Below are positions 1 through 8,538 of a stretch of 35,384 bases of DNA, piece after piece (positions within the stretch are counted from its first letter, which is position 1; each line of letters starts with the position of its first letter). The notes under the pieces were generated by a model, which saw only the letters and a list, made by a program, of their open reading frames with translations, did not search any database and was not told where the DNA came from. Source of the stretch: a virus (Duplodnaviria > Heunggongvirae > Uroviricota > Caudoviricetes); the IMG/VR virus record IMGVR_UViG_2684622552_000007, positions 1 to 35,384 of that record. The stretch is one strand, 5' to 3'. Position numbers and translations under genes: made by a program.

Positions 1-108
1 GATTACATCGAAATGTTTTATAACAGTAAGCGTCGGCATGGTTCTAGCGAACAGATGTCACCGACAGAATATGAAAACCAGTATTATCAACGGCTCGGAA
101 GTGTCTAG
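1..108 (+). CDS. IS3-family (DDE/rve) transposase, C-terminal fragment truncated by the window edge
   Basis: Frame-1 translation DYIEMFYNSKRRHGSSEQMSPTEYENQYYQRLGSV then stop at 106-108; this FYN..RRH...SP.EYE tail is typical of IS3-family OrfB. Exact IS identity and right inverted-repeat boundary (somewhere in 109-200) not resolved. Confidence 0.6.
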   Translation, partial: DYIEMFYNSKRRHGSSEQMSPTEYENQYYQRLGSV

Positions 109-152
109 ATTATCCGTGGCGATTCAGCGAGCATCCCAACTTGAGCGTCTCA

Positions 153-803
153 TCATTCATCCTCCTGCTGTAATGCTGCAACCATGGCTTTGGTTTCAGC
201 GATTAGATTTCGTGGTAACTGGCTACCCGCTTTTAGCATGCCTATCCCAAACACCAGCCAGCGCTGCAGCATGTCCGCATAACCATCCGGAGTTCCCGGA
301 GAGTTGCCATTTACATCGAAGTTTGGCTCTGCGTCCTGAACCAGGAGGATGTAACCATTCTTGGCTGTATCAAGTTCTAACGCCTCGGTGACGGTACCGA
401 AATAGCGATTACCTAAATCAGCATCACAAGTGCTTACATCAATGGAAACTTCCATGCCTTCGATTAATTCTGGCAAGTTGTAAGTTTGGCTTACAGGTTG
501 GCTACCCTGAAGCATGGCGGCGCGGTGACACCAGATAATCCAGCCAAGCGCCATATCCCATGCCATGTATTCTCTATCGCCATTTTTTGCCCTACGGCGA
601 TCTACAGATTCCCCGAAACGCTTCTCCATAAATAATTCATAGGCTGCTCGTTCATCCGATACTGCTGCCAGTGATGCCAGTGCAATTTTTAATGCGGTAA
701 GCATGTTGTTTTGATCTTCATCGAGTCCGAACGGTATTTCATCCCGTGCTGACTCAATGCTGGTAATCGTGTTCTGTAACCATTCTTTGGTAAGAGTATT
801 CAT
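153..803 (-). CDS. Hypothetical phage protein (216 aa), last gene of the leftward early operon before the IS fragment
   Basis: Track ORF; start 2 nt after the stop of the upstream small ORF (operon packing). No family recognised by eye. Confidence 0.5.
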   Translation of the reverse strand: MNTLTKEWLQNTITSIESARDEIPFGLDEDQNNMLTALKIALASLAAVSDERAAYELFMEKRFGESVDRRRAKNGDREYMAWDMALGWIIWCHRAAMLQGSQPVSQTYNLPELIEGMEVSIDVSTCDADLGNRYFGTVTEALELDTAKNGYILLVQDAEPNFDVNGNSPGTPDGYADMLQRWLVFGIGMLKAGSQLPRNLIAETKAMVAALQQEDE

Positions 804-805
804 AA

Positions 806-997
806 CTATTTCACTTTAATCTCAATATTTCGCAGCTTTAGCTCTACTGGCAGGTCTGACTTTCCTGTTAATGCTAATGCGAGATTTTCAGGAGTAATGA
901 GAGCAGTTATTGTTTTCCCCATTGCCAGACGAATAATCATTCGTATCTCGCGATCGTCACATGCTCCCGGTCGAACAATTGATATTTGTCCGATCAT
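806..997 (-). CDS. Small hypothetical protein (63 aa)
   Basis: ATG at 997 preceded on the minus strand by AAAGGAGAG Shine-Dalgarno; the Ead-like stop codon lies 1 nt upstream. The 90-aa track ORF 806-1078 is an in-frame extension that overlaps the Ead-like gene and lacks an SD. Confidence 0.45.
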   Translation of the reverse strand: MIGQISIVRPGACDDREIRMIIRLAMGKTITALITPENLALALTGKSDLPVELKLRNIEIKVK

Positions 998-998
998 C

Positions 999-1748
999 TC
1001 ACTCTCCTTTGATGCGAATGCCTGCGGCGCGTGGCACATTAACTTCCACGATGCGCACAGTTGGTTTGTACATCTCAATCGCTGTCAGCCAGTCAGCTCC
1101 TGTCATGCGCTTTTCTGCATCGCCATTAATCCACTTAACCGGTACACCAATAGCCTTCATCGAGATTTCTATTTCCCCGGCAATGGCGCTTTTTCCGCAA
1201 CCAGTAAAACCAGATACAACGACAAGAACTTCGCCTTTGACTGGTTTTATTTCCCGCGCTTCCAGTTCTGCTATGCGCTTCTCTGCGGATTCCAGCGCTG
1301 CAACCAATTCGTCTACAGTTCCGGCAGCTTGCAGTGCGTAATCGGTAATAGCCATCTCATGATCAATTTCAGTACCGTTCTCATTCGTTGAGGTGATAGC
1401 AAAATAATCAGAGTCGATTTCGTTATCAGCTAAGTGGCGTAGCGTATCGGCAACAAGCTGGCCGTTTTCGATTAGCAGCCTCCCAACCGTTAGCGCAATA
1501 TCCTCGTTCTCCTGGTCGCGGCGTTTGATGTATTGCTGGTTTCTTTCCCGTTCATCCAGTAGTGCCAGCACGGTTTCTGGTCCGGCCAGAAATTTGAAGG
1601 CGTTGAGCGCATCAATATCCACACCGTAATCTTTAAGTTCCTGTTCACTTAACAAATCATCATCAGCTGGCAACATTAACAGGCGTTCCATTGCTGGAAT
1701 TGCACGTTCCGCCACCTCACGCAGTGCCTGGTAATTAATTTCGCTCAC
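999..1748 (-). CDS. Ead/Ea22-like early protein (249 aa) with C-terminal Walker-A-like motif
   Basis: N-terminus [15 protein letters not shown] resembles Ead/Ea22 proteins of lambdoid phages (recall); C-terminal segment contains VLVVVSGFTGCGKS (beta-strand then GxxxxGKS). Confidence 0.6.
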   Translation of the reverse strand: MSEINYQALREVAERAIPAMERLLMLPADDDLLSEQELKDYGVDIDALNAFKFLAGPETVLALLDERERNQQYIKRRDQENEDIALTVGRLLIENGQLVADTLRHLADNEIDSDYFAITSTNENGTEIDHEMAITDYALQAAGTVDELVAALESAEKRIAELEAREIKPVKGEVLVVVSGFTGCGKSAIAGEIEISMKAIGVPVKWINGDAEKRMTGADWLTAIEMYKPTVRIVEVNVPRAAGIRIKGE

Positions 1749-2194
1749 TGGTTGCCTCCTTTGCGAAGCTGGGCAGCAAAGTCACGGATAGTGTCATCAA
1801 GGTCTGGGCACAACAGATGGTCAGCAAACATCTCTACCCCCTGCGCCCGTACTTCAGCCAGGAAAGCATCGGTGGCTGGGGTTTCAGTAACATCATCTTC
1901 CCATTCGCCAAACTCCTCACGACAAAAGTCATTAAATTCCTTCTCAGATTGCTTAAGCGAGATATTTTCTGCAGCCATCTTCGCGCATTTAGCCTCAAGG
2001 TTATCAATCGTGATTCCAGCAGAACGACACTCCCGCAACGCCGTTTCCAGTTTTGATTCAAGTTCACCGAACTTACGGACAAGATATTCAGCATTTGTTT
2101 CGTTAACCTTTAAATCTCGTGGGATGCATTTACCTTTCAGAAATCCATCCATCTCAATTAGTGTCATTTGTTTCATTTTTTCCCACTCCGCCAC
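1745..2194 (-). CDS. Hypothetical acidic coiled-coil protein (149 aa from GTG at 2194; 143 aa from ATG at 2176)
   Basis: Track ORF. The ATG at 2176 has a GGAG upstream and forms an ATGA overlap with the stop of the small ORF 2173-2337. Confidence 0.5.
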   Translation of the reverse strand: MAEWEKMKQMTLIEMDGFLKGKCIPRDLKVNETNAEYLVRKFGELESKLETALRECRSAGITIDNLEAKCAKMAAENISLKQSEKEFNDFCREEFGEWEDDVTETPATDAFLAEVRAQGVEMFADHLLCPDLDDTIRDFAAQLRKGGNQ

Positions 2195-2337
2195 ATCGCA
2201 TTCAGATATTTGTTTTGATTCACTGATGGAAAAGAATTTCTCTTAAGTAATTCCTCTCTCGATGGCATTGGCTTTACGCGTTGGCGAATAATCATTTCTG
2301 CCGGAAGAATGCCGGGATTGTATGCAAGTCCTCTCAT
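2173..2337 (-). CDS. Small hypothetical protein (54 aa), below track threshold
   Basis: Hand translation [54 protein letters not shown]; AGAGGA SD 8 nt upstream of ATG 2337; stop overlaps the next start as ATGA. Confidence 0.35.
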   Translation of the reverse strand: MRGLAYNPGILPAEMIIRQRVKPMPSREELLKRNSFPSVNQNKYLNAMWRSGKK

Positions 2338-2353
2338 GGTAAATTCCTCTTTG

Positions 2354-2668
2354 TTAATTTATTCGTATGCCCGCTCTTTCTTCATCGAGTTTTTTTAGCT
2401 TGTATCTCATAGCTCTTACTGAATAAATTGAGCGGCAGGTTGCAATTGCTATTTCTTCTGCGGAGAACTTACCGAAAAGTGATACTTCGGCTCTTGTCCA
2501 GCGTCTTCCACGAAGTCGGCTAACAATGTCAGCTCCAATCCTTGTTGCTTTCGCCATTACTGCTTTTTCAGTCCTTTCCAGTTTTTCAGCGATAACTTCA
2601 ACTGGCATTGTCGACGCCACTTCGCGCAAGAAATCGACTTCCCATTTCTCCCATGGAGTCTTTTTCAT
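2354..2668 (-). CDS. Hypothetical basic protein (104 aa), possible helix-turn-helix
   Basis: Track ORF in operon context between Gp157-like and distal genes; no family recognised. Confidence 0.5.
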   Translation of the reverse strand: MKKTPWEKWEVDFLREVASTMPVEVIAEKLERTEKAVMAKATRIGADIVSRLRGRRWTRAEVSLFGKFSAEEIAIATCRSIYSVRAMRYKLKKLDEERAGIRIN

Positions 2669-2679
2669 AGGCGATACCG

Positions 2680-3168
2680 TTATTTGATAAGAAGTGAAGG
2701 TTTCCCAACTTTGAGTTGAGCGCCGGGGATATTTATTCCTGCTTTTAGTTGGTGTTTGATTGCCAGTTTGTCGGCTTTAATTGTCGTTTCAAACTCAACG
2801 TATTCAGGAGGAAGGGCGCTTGAGTCGATGATTTCTACGGTTTCTGACGGTTTGCGGATTGTTACCTGGTGAATACCTGCTCGAATCTTTTTCTTGCCAA
2901 CCATTTCAAGCGATGACGCTATATATGATTTGATGCTGTCAATCTTATTTTGAATTACTGCGGCTCGCTCATTTAGTGACTTCGCCTCTTCCTTGAGGCG
3001 TTCAGCATAACCAGATTCATTTTTAATAATGGCAAGAAGTTGCTCTATTTTATCGGTAAATTCTCCTTCCATGCCTTCTATTGTGTCAGCAATCATCTCT
3101 GGCTCTAAATCTGAATCCATCAGCTTTGCGTATTCATTGGCTATTTCATACAGTTTGCTCACTGGCAA
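2680..3168 (-). CDS. Gp157-family phage protein (162 aa), companion of RecT-type recombinases
   Basis: Size, composition and position directly downstream of recT match the Sipho_Gp157-type proteins (recall); start overlaps the RecT-like 3' end. Confidence 0.5.
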   Translation of the reverse strand: MPVSKLYEIANEYAKLMDSDLEPEMIADTIEGMEGEFTDKIEQLLAIIKNESGYAERLKEEAKSLNERAAVIQNKIDSIKSYIASSLEMVGKKKIRAGIHQVTIRKPSETVEIIDSSALPPEYVEFETTIKADKLAIKHQLKAGINIPGAQLKVGKPSLLIK

Positions 3169-4057
3169 CCTCCAGTTTCGCTTTGCATTCTATGTAAATG
3201 GCTTGTACGTTCTGCTGCAATTTCATTCCAGATGTCAGGCGATATGCTTCTGCAAAATATCGCTTCAAATCATCCATGTTTTCTGCCTGAGCCATTTCAT
3301 CGCAAAGAAGTTGTGCTTTATCCATTATTTCCTGCTGGCGTTTCCGTTCATCTTCGCGGATATCTTCCTCTGATTTGTGCGGCATAACTGGTTCAGTCCA
3401 TACACCTTCTTCTTCGTTTAGTACGTGAATAGCACTATCAAGACGTGATGCCTTAGGCCAATACTTGCTTGCACGCTTTACGACCGTCTTTCGTGCCATC
3501 TCATTCCAGTGATTTACCCATGGTCCTTTATCGCTGAATGCTGCCTTGCTTGTTTTCCTTACAGCCTCAATTTCAGCCAGACTCATCTCTTCCGTTAGAT
3601 AATCACCTGCTGGCGTCTTAACTGTGCAGTAAACGCCAACGATATCACCACGATCACCGAAGGCGTTGTATTTATGGGTTGGTGCTTTATCAAGCCCGTT
3701 TGACTCATAGGTATCGTTAGCATGAACAAGTTTTGCCTGACCCCATGAGATAACACCAGACTCCATTGCAATATGGAGCAATCCCATATAGCTGATATCA
3801 AGGCAAACCATGCCGTCGCGCGGAACCAGATAAGCAAGTTTGCTGGCCGGGTTTAAGGTGATGCCGATCGCCGCAACATTGATGATGGCGTTCTGTGCGC
3901 TGGTTGGATTTGCCAGTGCCGTTTTAGCCAGGTAATCGTTTTTCTGGAAATACTGAATTGCAAACTGGCTTTCCTTAGCCCATGTCACCGTCTGTTCAGT
4001 CAATGCTCCGCAGAATAACTGCTCTTGCTGTTTAACGAATTCAACGATATTGCTCAT
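3146..4057 (-). CDS. recT: RecT-family single-strand annealing recombinase (303 aa)
   Basis: Motif DKGPWVNHWNEMARKTVVKRASKYWP matches the conserved RecT segment GPWVTHWEEMAKKTAIRRLFKYLP (recall of Rac RecT). Confidence 0.8.
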   Translation of the reverse strand: MSNIVEFVKQQEQLFCGALTEQTVTWAKESQFAIQYFQKNDYLAKTALANPTSAQNAIINVAAIGITLNPASKLAYLVPRDGMVCLDISYMGLLHIAMESGVISWGQAKLVHANDTYESNGLDKAPTHKYNAFGDRGDIVGVYCTVKTPAGDYLTEEMSLAEIEAVRKTSKAAFSDKGPWVNHWNEMARKTVVKRASKYWPKASRLDSAIHVLNEEEGVWTEPVMPHKSEEDIREDERKRQQEIMDKAQLLCDEMAQAENMDDLKRYFAEAYRLTSGMKLQQNVQAIYIECKAKLEVASEQTV

Positions 4058-4365
4058 GCTGCTTCTCCATAAATGTGTCTGCGTTTGAATATTGCGAAAG
4101 CATATTCAGCCTTAACTCTTTCGGTTATTGCATCCCAGAACCATTCAGCGGCTTTTTCCTGATAGTTACAGTCATCATCTTCCAGCCAGTCGATAGCGTC
4201 CTTAGTGTGTTCATCTGGTTTATATGAGCGAAGCATTTCGCTTATTGGGTCGCAACGTTTGCAGAGGCGATCAACTTCACTGTTGATTCGTTCGTAATCA
4301 TCATCGGTAAAACTTGCGATGATTTGCGATATTTCACGCTTATCATTCAGAGTCAGAATCATCAT
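4054..4365 (-). CDS. Hypothetical acidic protein (103 aa) upstream of recT
   Basis: Track ORF; ATGA overlap with the recT start; far too small to be a RecE/YqaJ-type exonuclease. Confidence 0.5.
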   Translation of the reverse strand: MMILTLNDKREISQIIASFTDDDYERINSEVDRLCKRCDPISEMLRSYKPDEHTKDAIDWLEDDDCNYQEKAAEWFWDAITERVKAEYAFAIFKRRHIYGEAA

Positions 4366-4446
4366 CTTTCTCCTGTTCTTTGTGCTGATTGAGCATTTTG
4401 TTCATCTGACGAATGAATTCTTCGTCTGACCAGTTATCTGTAAAAC

Positions 4447-4599
4447 TCATTTCCTGCGATACCACGGAAGGTTGATAGCTGATTTCATCGCTTTATTTGC
4501 TTCAAGCCACATTTTTGAATCACCAATAAATCTGGCTATTACTGCTTTGTTCTGTGCAGCACGAAGCATCTGGTGATTGATGGCTATTTCATTGCGCAT
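4447..4599 (-). CDS. Kil-like small protein (50 aa), below track threshold
   Basis: Hand translation MRNEIAINHQMLRAAQNKAVIARFIGDSKMWLEANKAMKSAINLPWYRRK; FIGD.KM motif and position (between cIII-like and the recombination genes) recall lambda Kil; GGAGG SD upstream. Confidence 0.4.
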   Translation of the reverse strand: MRNEIAINHQMLRAAQNKAVIARFIGDSKMWLEANKAMKSAINLPWYRRK

Positions 4600-4695
4600 A
4601 ACGCCTCCAGTTGTTTCTTTGCTTGTAGTGGTTTACTGAATTTGGCCACCTGAACAGAGGTGATATGCTCACCTCAGAACATTACAGGTGCCTCA

Positions 4696-5970
<1,275 letters not shown>

Positions 5971-6122
5971 GGGTAACTCCTTATATTTGATTGCATAACT
6001 AAAATGCCTCTCGTGAAGCATTATTGGTATGCATATAAAAAGGCCCTCACACTGGAGGGCAAAGAAGATTTCCAATAATCAGAACAAGTCGGCTCCTGTT
6101 TAGTTACGAGCGACATTGCTCC

Positions 6123-6150
6123 GTGTATTCACTCATTGGAATGAATACAC
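6123..6150 (-). repeat. Perfect 9-bp inverted repeat (GTGTATTCA-10 nt-TGAATACAC) between the membrane gene and cIII-like
   Basis: Seen directly in the sequence; potential RNA hairpin or protein-binding palindrome in the leftward transcript. Confidence 0.4.
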
Positions 6151-6174
6151 AGTGCAGTGTTTATTCTGTTGTTT

Positions 6175-6205
6175 ATGCCAAAAATAAAGGCCGACTATGC
6201 GGCCT
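6175..6205 (-). terminator. Intrinsic terminator after the membrane-protein gene (minus strand)
   Basis: Minus-strand AGGCCG-CATAGT-CGGCCT followed by TTTATTTTT, starting a few nt after the stop at 6210. Confidence 0.6.
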
Positions 6206-6209
6206 GAAA

Positions 6210-6659
6210 TTACTTAACCAATGATGCTGCATATTCGATAAGGTAAAGTTTTGGGGCCAGCCAAATTTTTAACCAAGTCATATTGGTTACTACACCAATA
6301 ATAAAAATCCCCCACAGAGTCAAAACTCCAACCAATGGCATGATAAGAAGATTAATATCACCTTTGCTATCCCAAACCATTGTCGGCCTGTATTTGGGAT
6401 TTCCTTTCTCCCATGAATATCCTTCATCACCGATTTTACCTGTCTCAACTCTTTGGCACTGCTTCTTCATAAACCAGAAAACCAGTGGGATTGTTAGAAT
6501 GGCTATTAATGTTTTAATCAGACTGTCAACCATATTCCATAGCAGCAACTGATGAACAACATCAGGAATCTGTGCTTGGCTAAATGAAACAGCCGCGTCT
6601 ATTCCATTACTGGCTTTTTGCAGTAGTTCTACGAGAATCTTGTTTGCTTGTTCTTCCAT
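6210..6659 (-). CDS. Two-helix membrane protein (149 aa) in the sieB position; candidate superinfection-exclusion/abortive-infection protein
   Basis: Hydrophobic segments LIKTLIAILTIPLVFWF and INLLIMPLVGVLTLWGIFIIGVV; lies between ral-like and cIII-like as sieB does in lambda. Function inferred from synteny only. Confidence 0.45.
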   Translation of the reverse strand: MEEQANKILVELLQKASNGIDAAVSFSQAQIPDVVHQLLLWNMVDSLIKTLIAILTIPLVFWFMKKQCQRVETGKIGDEGYSWEKGNPKYRPTMVWDSKGDINLLIMPLVGVLTLWGIFIIGVVTNMTWLKIWLAPKLYLIEYAASLVK

Positions 6660-6717
6660 ATATCACCTTGATTGTAATAAGCATGAAATTATTTACGGCC
6701 AAAAATAAAGGCCACCA

Positions 6718-6918
6718 TCAGGCAGCCTTGTTGTTCTGTTTACCAAGTTCTCTGGCAATCATTGCCGTCGTTCGTATTGCCCATTTATCGACATATTTCC
6801 CATCTTCCATTACAGGAAACATTTCTTCAGGCTTAACCATGCATTCCGATTGCAGCTTGCATCCATTGCATCGCTTGAATTGTCCACACCATTGATTTTT
6901 ATCAATAGTCGTAGTCAT
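6718..6918 (-). CDS. ral: Ral-like restriction-alleviation protein (66 aa)
   Basis: MTTTIDKNQWCGQFKRCNGCKLQSECMVKPEEMFPVMEDGKYVDKWAIRTTAMIARELGKQNNKAA matches lambda Ral by recall; position downstream of N in the leftward operon. Confidence 0.7.
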   Translation of the reverse strand: MTTTIDKNQWCGQFKRCNGCKLQSECMVKPEEMFPVMEDGKYVDKWAIRTTAMIARELGKQNNKAA

Positions 6919-6988
6919 ACGGATAGTCCTGGTATTGTTCCATCACATCCTGAGGATGCTCTTCGAACTCTTCAAATTCTTCTTCCAT
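6902..6988 (-). CDS. Small acidic ORF (28 aa), below track threshold
   Basis: MEEEFEEFEEHPQDVMEQYQDYPYDYDY; GAGGTG SD about 5 nt upstream of ATG 6988; overlaps the ral start by 17 nt. Confidence 0.3.
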   Translation of the reverse strand: MEEEFEEFEEHPQDVMEQYQDYPYDYDY

Positions 6989-7042
6989 ATATCACCTCAA
7001 ATAAGTGGTTTGCTGCGAAAATAAATCCGCTTAAGTTACCTG

Positions 7043-7180
7043 TTATTTATCCCACCAAGTTCCGTATCTATCTATCCAGTTACACCAATCGTCGACACTC
7101 CATTTTGCTGTGTCGCATTTTGGCAACTGGCATGAATATCTACCTTCTTTGTAAAGTCGGCGTTTTACTTTCTTGAGCAT
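7043..7180 (-). CDS. Small Cys-rich ORF (45 aa), below track threshold
   Basis: MLKKVKRRLYKEGRYSCQLPKCDTAKWSVDDWCNWIDRYGTWWDK; GAGGT SD upstream of ATG 7180; directly follows the N stop. Confidence 0.3.
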   Translation of the reverse strand: MLKKVKRRLYKEGRYSCQLPKCDTAKWSVDDWCNWIDRYGTWWDK

Positions 7181-7187
7181 GACTACC

Positions 7188-7493
7188 TCAATCGTAATAA
7201 GCCGGAATTGATTTTCCGCGTTGCTTCTGGCGGCCTGAGCAAGTCACACCCATTTCACTCCGTGGCTTGCTGTAGTAAATACGGTTCTGTTTACGCTCGA
7301 CTTCTTCTGCCTTCTTGCAGCGAAGGCTTCCGAGTGATGCTGCTTTGTCTGCTCTGACGCAACCAGAGAGCTTTAGCGCAATTTTTCGCGCCAGTGCTTC
7401 ATTACTTCGTCGCTCGGCAATAAGTTCTGCTCTGCGAGCTTTGTAGCGGCTTTTTGCTGTACCTTTGGATTCTTTCCAGACTATGGTTACCAT
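7188..7493 (-). CDS. N: N-like transcription antiterminator (phage-21 type), 101 aa from ATG 7493
   Basis: Arg-rich N-terminal motif GTAKSRYKARRAELIAERR and C-terminal YSKP...GVTCSGRQKQRGKSIP resemble N proteins (recall); AAGGAG SD precedes the second in-frame ATG, so the track start at 7523 is probably an extension. Confidence 0.7.
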   Translation of the reverse strand: MVTIVWKESKGTAKSRYKARRAELIAERRSNEALARKIALKLSGCVRADKAASLGSLRCKKAEEVERKQNRIYYSKPRSEMGVTCSGRQKQRGKSIPAYYD

Positions 7494-7603
7494 GATGGTC
7501 TCCTTTAAGTGGCTTTGGCGCATGACGCGTCGAGGTGCTTATCTTCTCGATCGCTGTCTTGCTGCTGCAATTCGCGCCATCCCCAAAACCACTCAAGTTC
7601 TGG

Positions 7604-7643
7604 TCTCAACGGTTAGGTTGAGAGTTCGTCGATGTTAAAGAGC
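7604..7643 (-). promoter_or_regulatory. nutL-like site: boxA (GCTCTTTAAC) and boxB hairpin (TCTCAAC-CTAACC-GTTGAGA) on the leftward transcript
   Basis: Seen directly between pL and N; boxA matches consensus CGCTCTTTA; boxB stem-loop seen directly, assignment to phage-21 type by recall. Confidence 0.55.
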
Positions 7644-7689
7644 CTGCCAATCTGTTCCGTTTGGCTTCCAGCGTCCTGCTGATGGCTTA

Positions 7690-7718
7690 AATTTAAGACT
7701 TCTTAATTTATTGGTCAA
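7690..7718 (-). promoter_or_regulatory. pL-like promoter with overlapping OL operator
   Basis: Minus strand TTGACC-17 bp-TAAATT; operator-like ATTTAAGACTTCTTAAT overlaps, similar to the OR sequence ATTTAAGTGTTCTTTAAT. Confidence 0.6.
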
Positions 7719-7783
7719 GCGTATTTTTGAAGAAAACTTAATTTTATGGGTGTGAATTTAGTTTGTCTTTGATTTTTAACTGG

Positions 7784-7807
7784 AAATAAAAAAGGGGCGA
7801 AAGCCCC
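7784..7807 (-). terminator. Intrinsic terminator immediately after c2 (minus strand)
   Basis: Minus-strand GGGGC-TTTC-GCCCC followed by TTTTTTATTT, directly after the c2 stop at 7808. Confidence 0.6.
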
Positions 7808-8458
7808 TTAAGGAAGGTTTGCTAGCTTGGCATCAACGACAACGCCAATGATTTTACAGTTCCCATTGATTTCAATCATTGGGTATTGTGGATTGAGTGG
7901 TTTCAGGAATTTTCTACCGGCATCAATAACTAACTTTTTGAATGTCGCCTCGTTTTCTCCTTCAAGTTTGGCGACTACCAGCTTTCCATTACGTGGTTCG
8001 ACTTCTGGGTCGACGAGAATAATCATCCCCTCAGGAATACTCAGTCCTGCCGGGGCAGTCATTGAGTCGCCTTTAACGTCGAGCCAAAAAGAGTCTTCAG
8101 AACAATCTACCGTTGTGTCGTACCAGTTATCTATTGCACGCCTATGATATGGCTCTACAGCTTCCATCCAACATCCTGCGCTTACCCAACTAATTAGAGG
8201 ATACGAACCTCTTGGATCATGCCTGCTGTGATAGGCAATGTTTGAAAGACTATCCTCTCCTTTCAACAGGTAATCAGGGGAGCACTGCAAAGCCTTGGCT
8301 AAGGCCAATAGGTTTTCGCCATTGGGCTCAGTTTCAGATCGCTCCCATTGGGAAATAGCAACATTAGACACGCCAACCATCTTGCCAAGGGCAGCCTGCC
8401 TAATCTTGAGTTCTTTTCTGCGAGCGCGAATACGCTCACCCATCAGTTGTGTATTCAT
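7808..8458 (-). CDS. c2: P22-type C2 repressor (216 aa; HTH plus LexA/S24-like autocleavage domain)
   Basis: MNTQLMGERIRARRKELKIRQAALGKMVGVSNVAISQWERSETEPNGENLLALAKALQCSPDYLL ... near-identical to P22 C2 by recall; divergent from cro. Confidence 0.9.
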   Translation of the reverse strand: MNTQLMGERIRARRKELKIRQAALGKMVGVSNVAISQWERSETEPNGENLLALAKALQCSPDYLLKGEDSLSNIAYHSRHDPRGSYPLISWVSAGCWMEAVEPYHRRAIDNWYDTTVDCSEDSFWLDVKGDSMTAPAGLSIPEGMIILVDPEVEPRNGKLVVAKLEGENEATFKKLVIDAGRKFLKPLNPQYPMIEINGNCKIIGVVVDAKLANLP

Positions 8459-8538
8459 AGTTAAGACATCTTAAATAAACTTGACTTAAGATTCCTTTGG
8501 TGGATAATTTAAGTGTTCTTTAATTTCGGAGCGAGTCT
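8459..8538. promoter_or_regulatory. OR operator/pR/pRM region between c2 and cro
   Basis: pR-like TTGACT (about 8481-8486) and GATAAT (about 8503-8508); operator-like near-palindromes ATTTAAGTGTTCTTTAAT and TTAAGACATCTTAA. Confidence 0.7.

Noticed and set aside
38-391. 117-aa plus-strand ORF spanning the transposase tail and the IS/phage junction
   Set aside because: Overlaps the transposase 3' end in another frame and runs antisense into the 216-aa phage gene; no start context.
806-1078. 90-aa version of the small ORF starting at 1078
   Set aside because: The extension overlaps the Ead-like gene by 80 nt in another frame and lacks an SD, whereas the internal ATG at 997 has a strong AAAGGAGAG SD; the shorter ORF is preferred.
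6283-7176. Plus-strand ORFs (89, 103, 108 aa) opposite the leftward early genes
   Set aside because: Antisense to the membrane-protein, ral and micro-ORF genes; low-complexity translations; no ribosome-binding sites.
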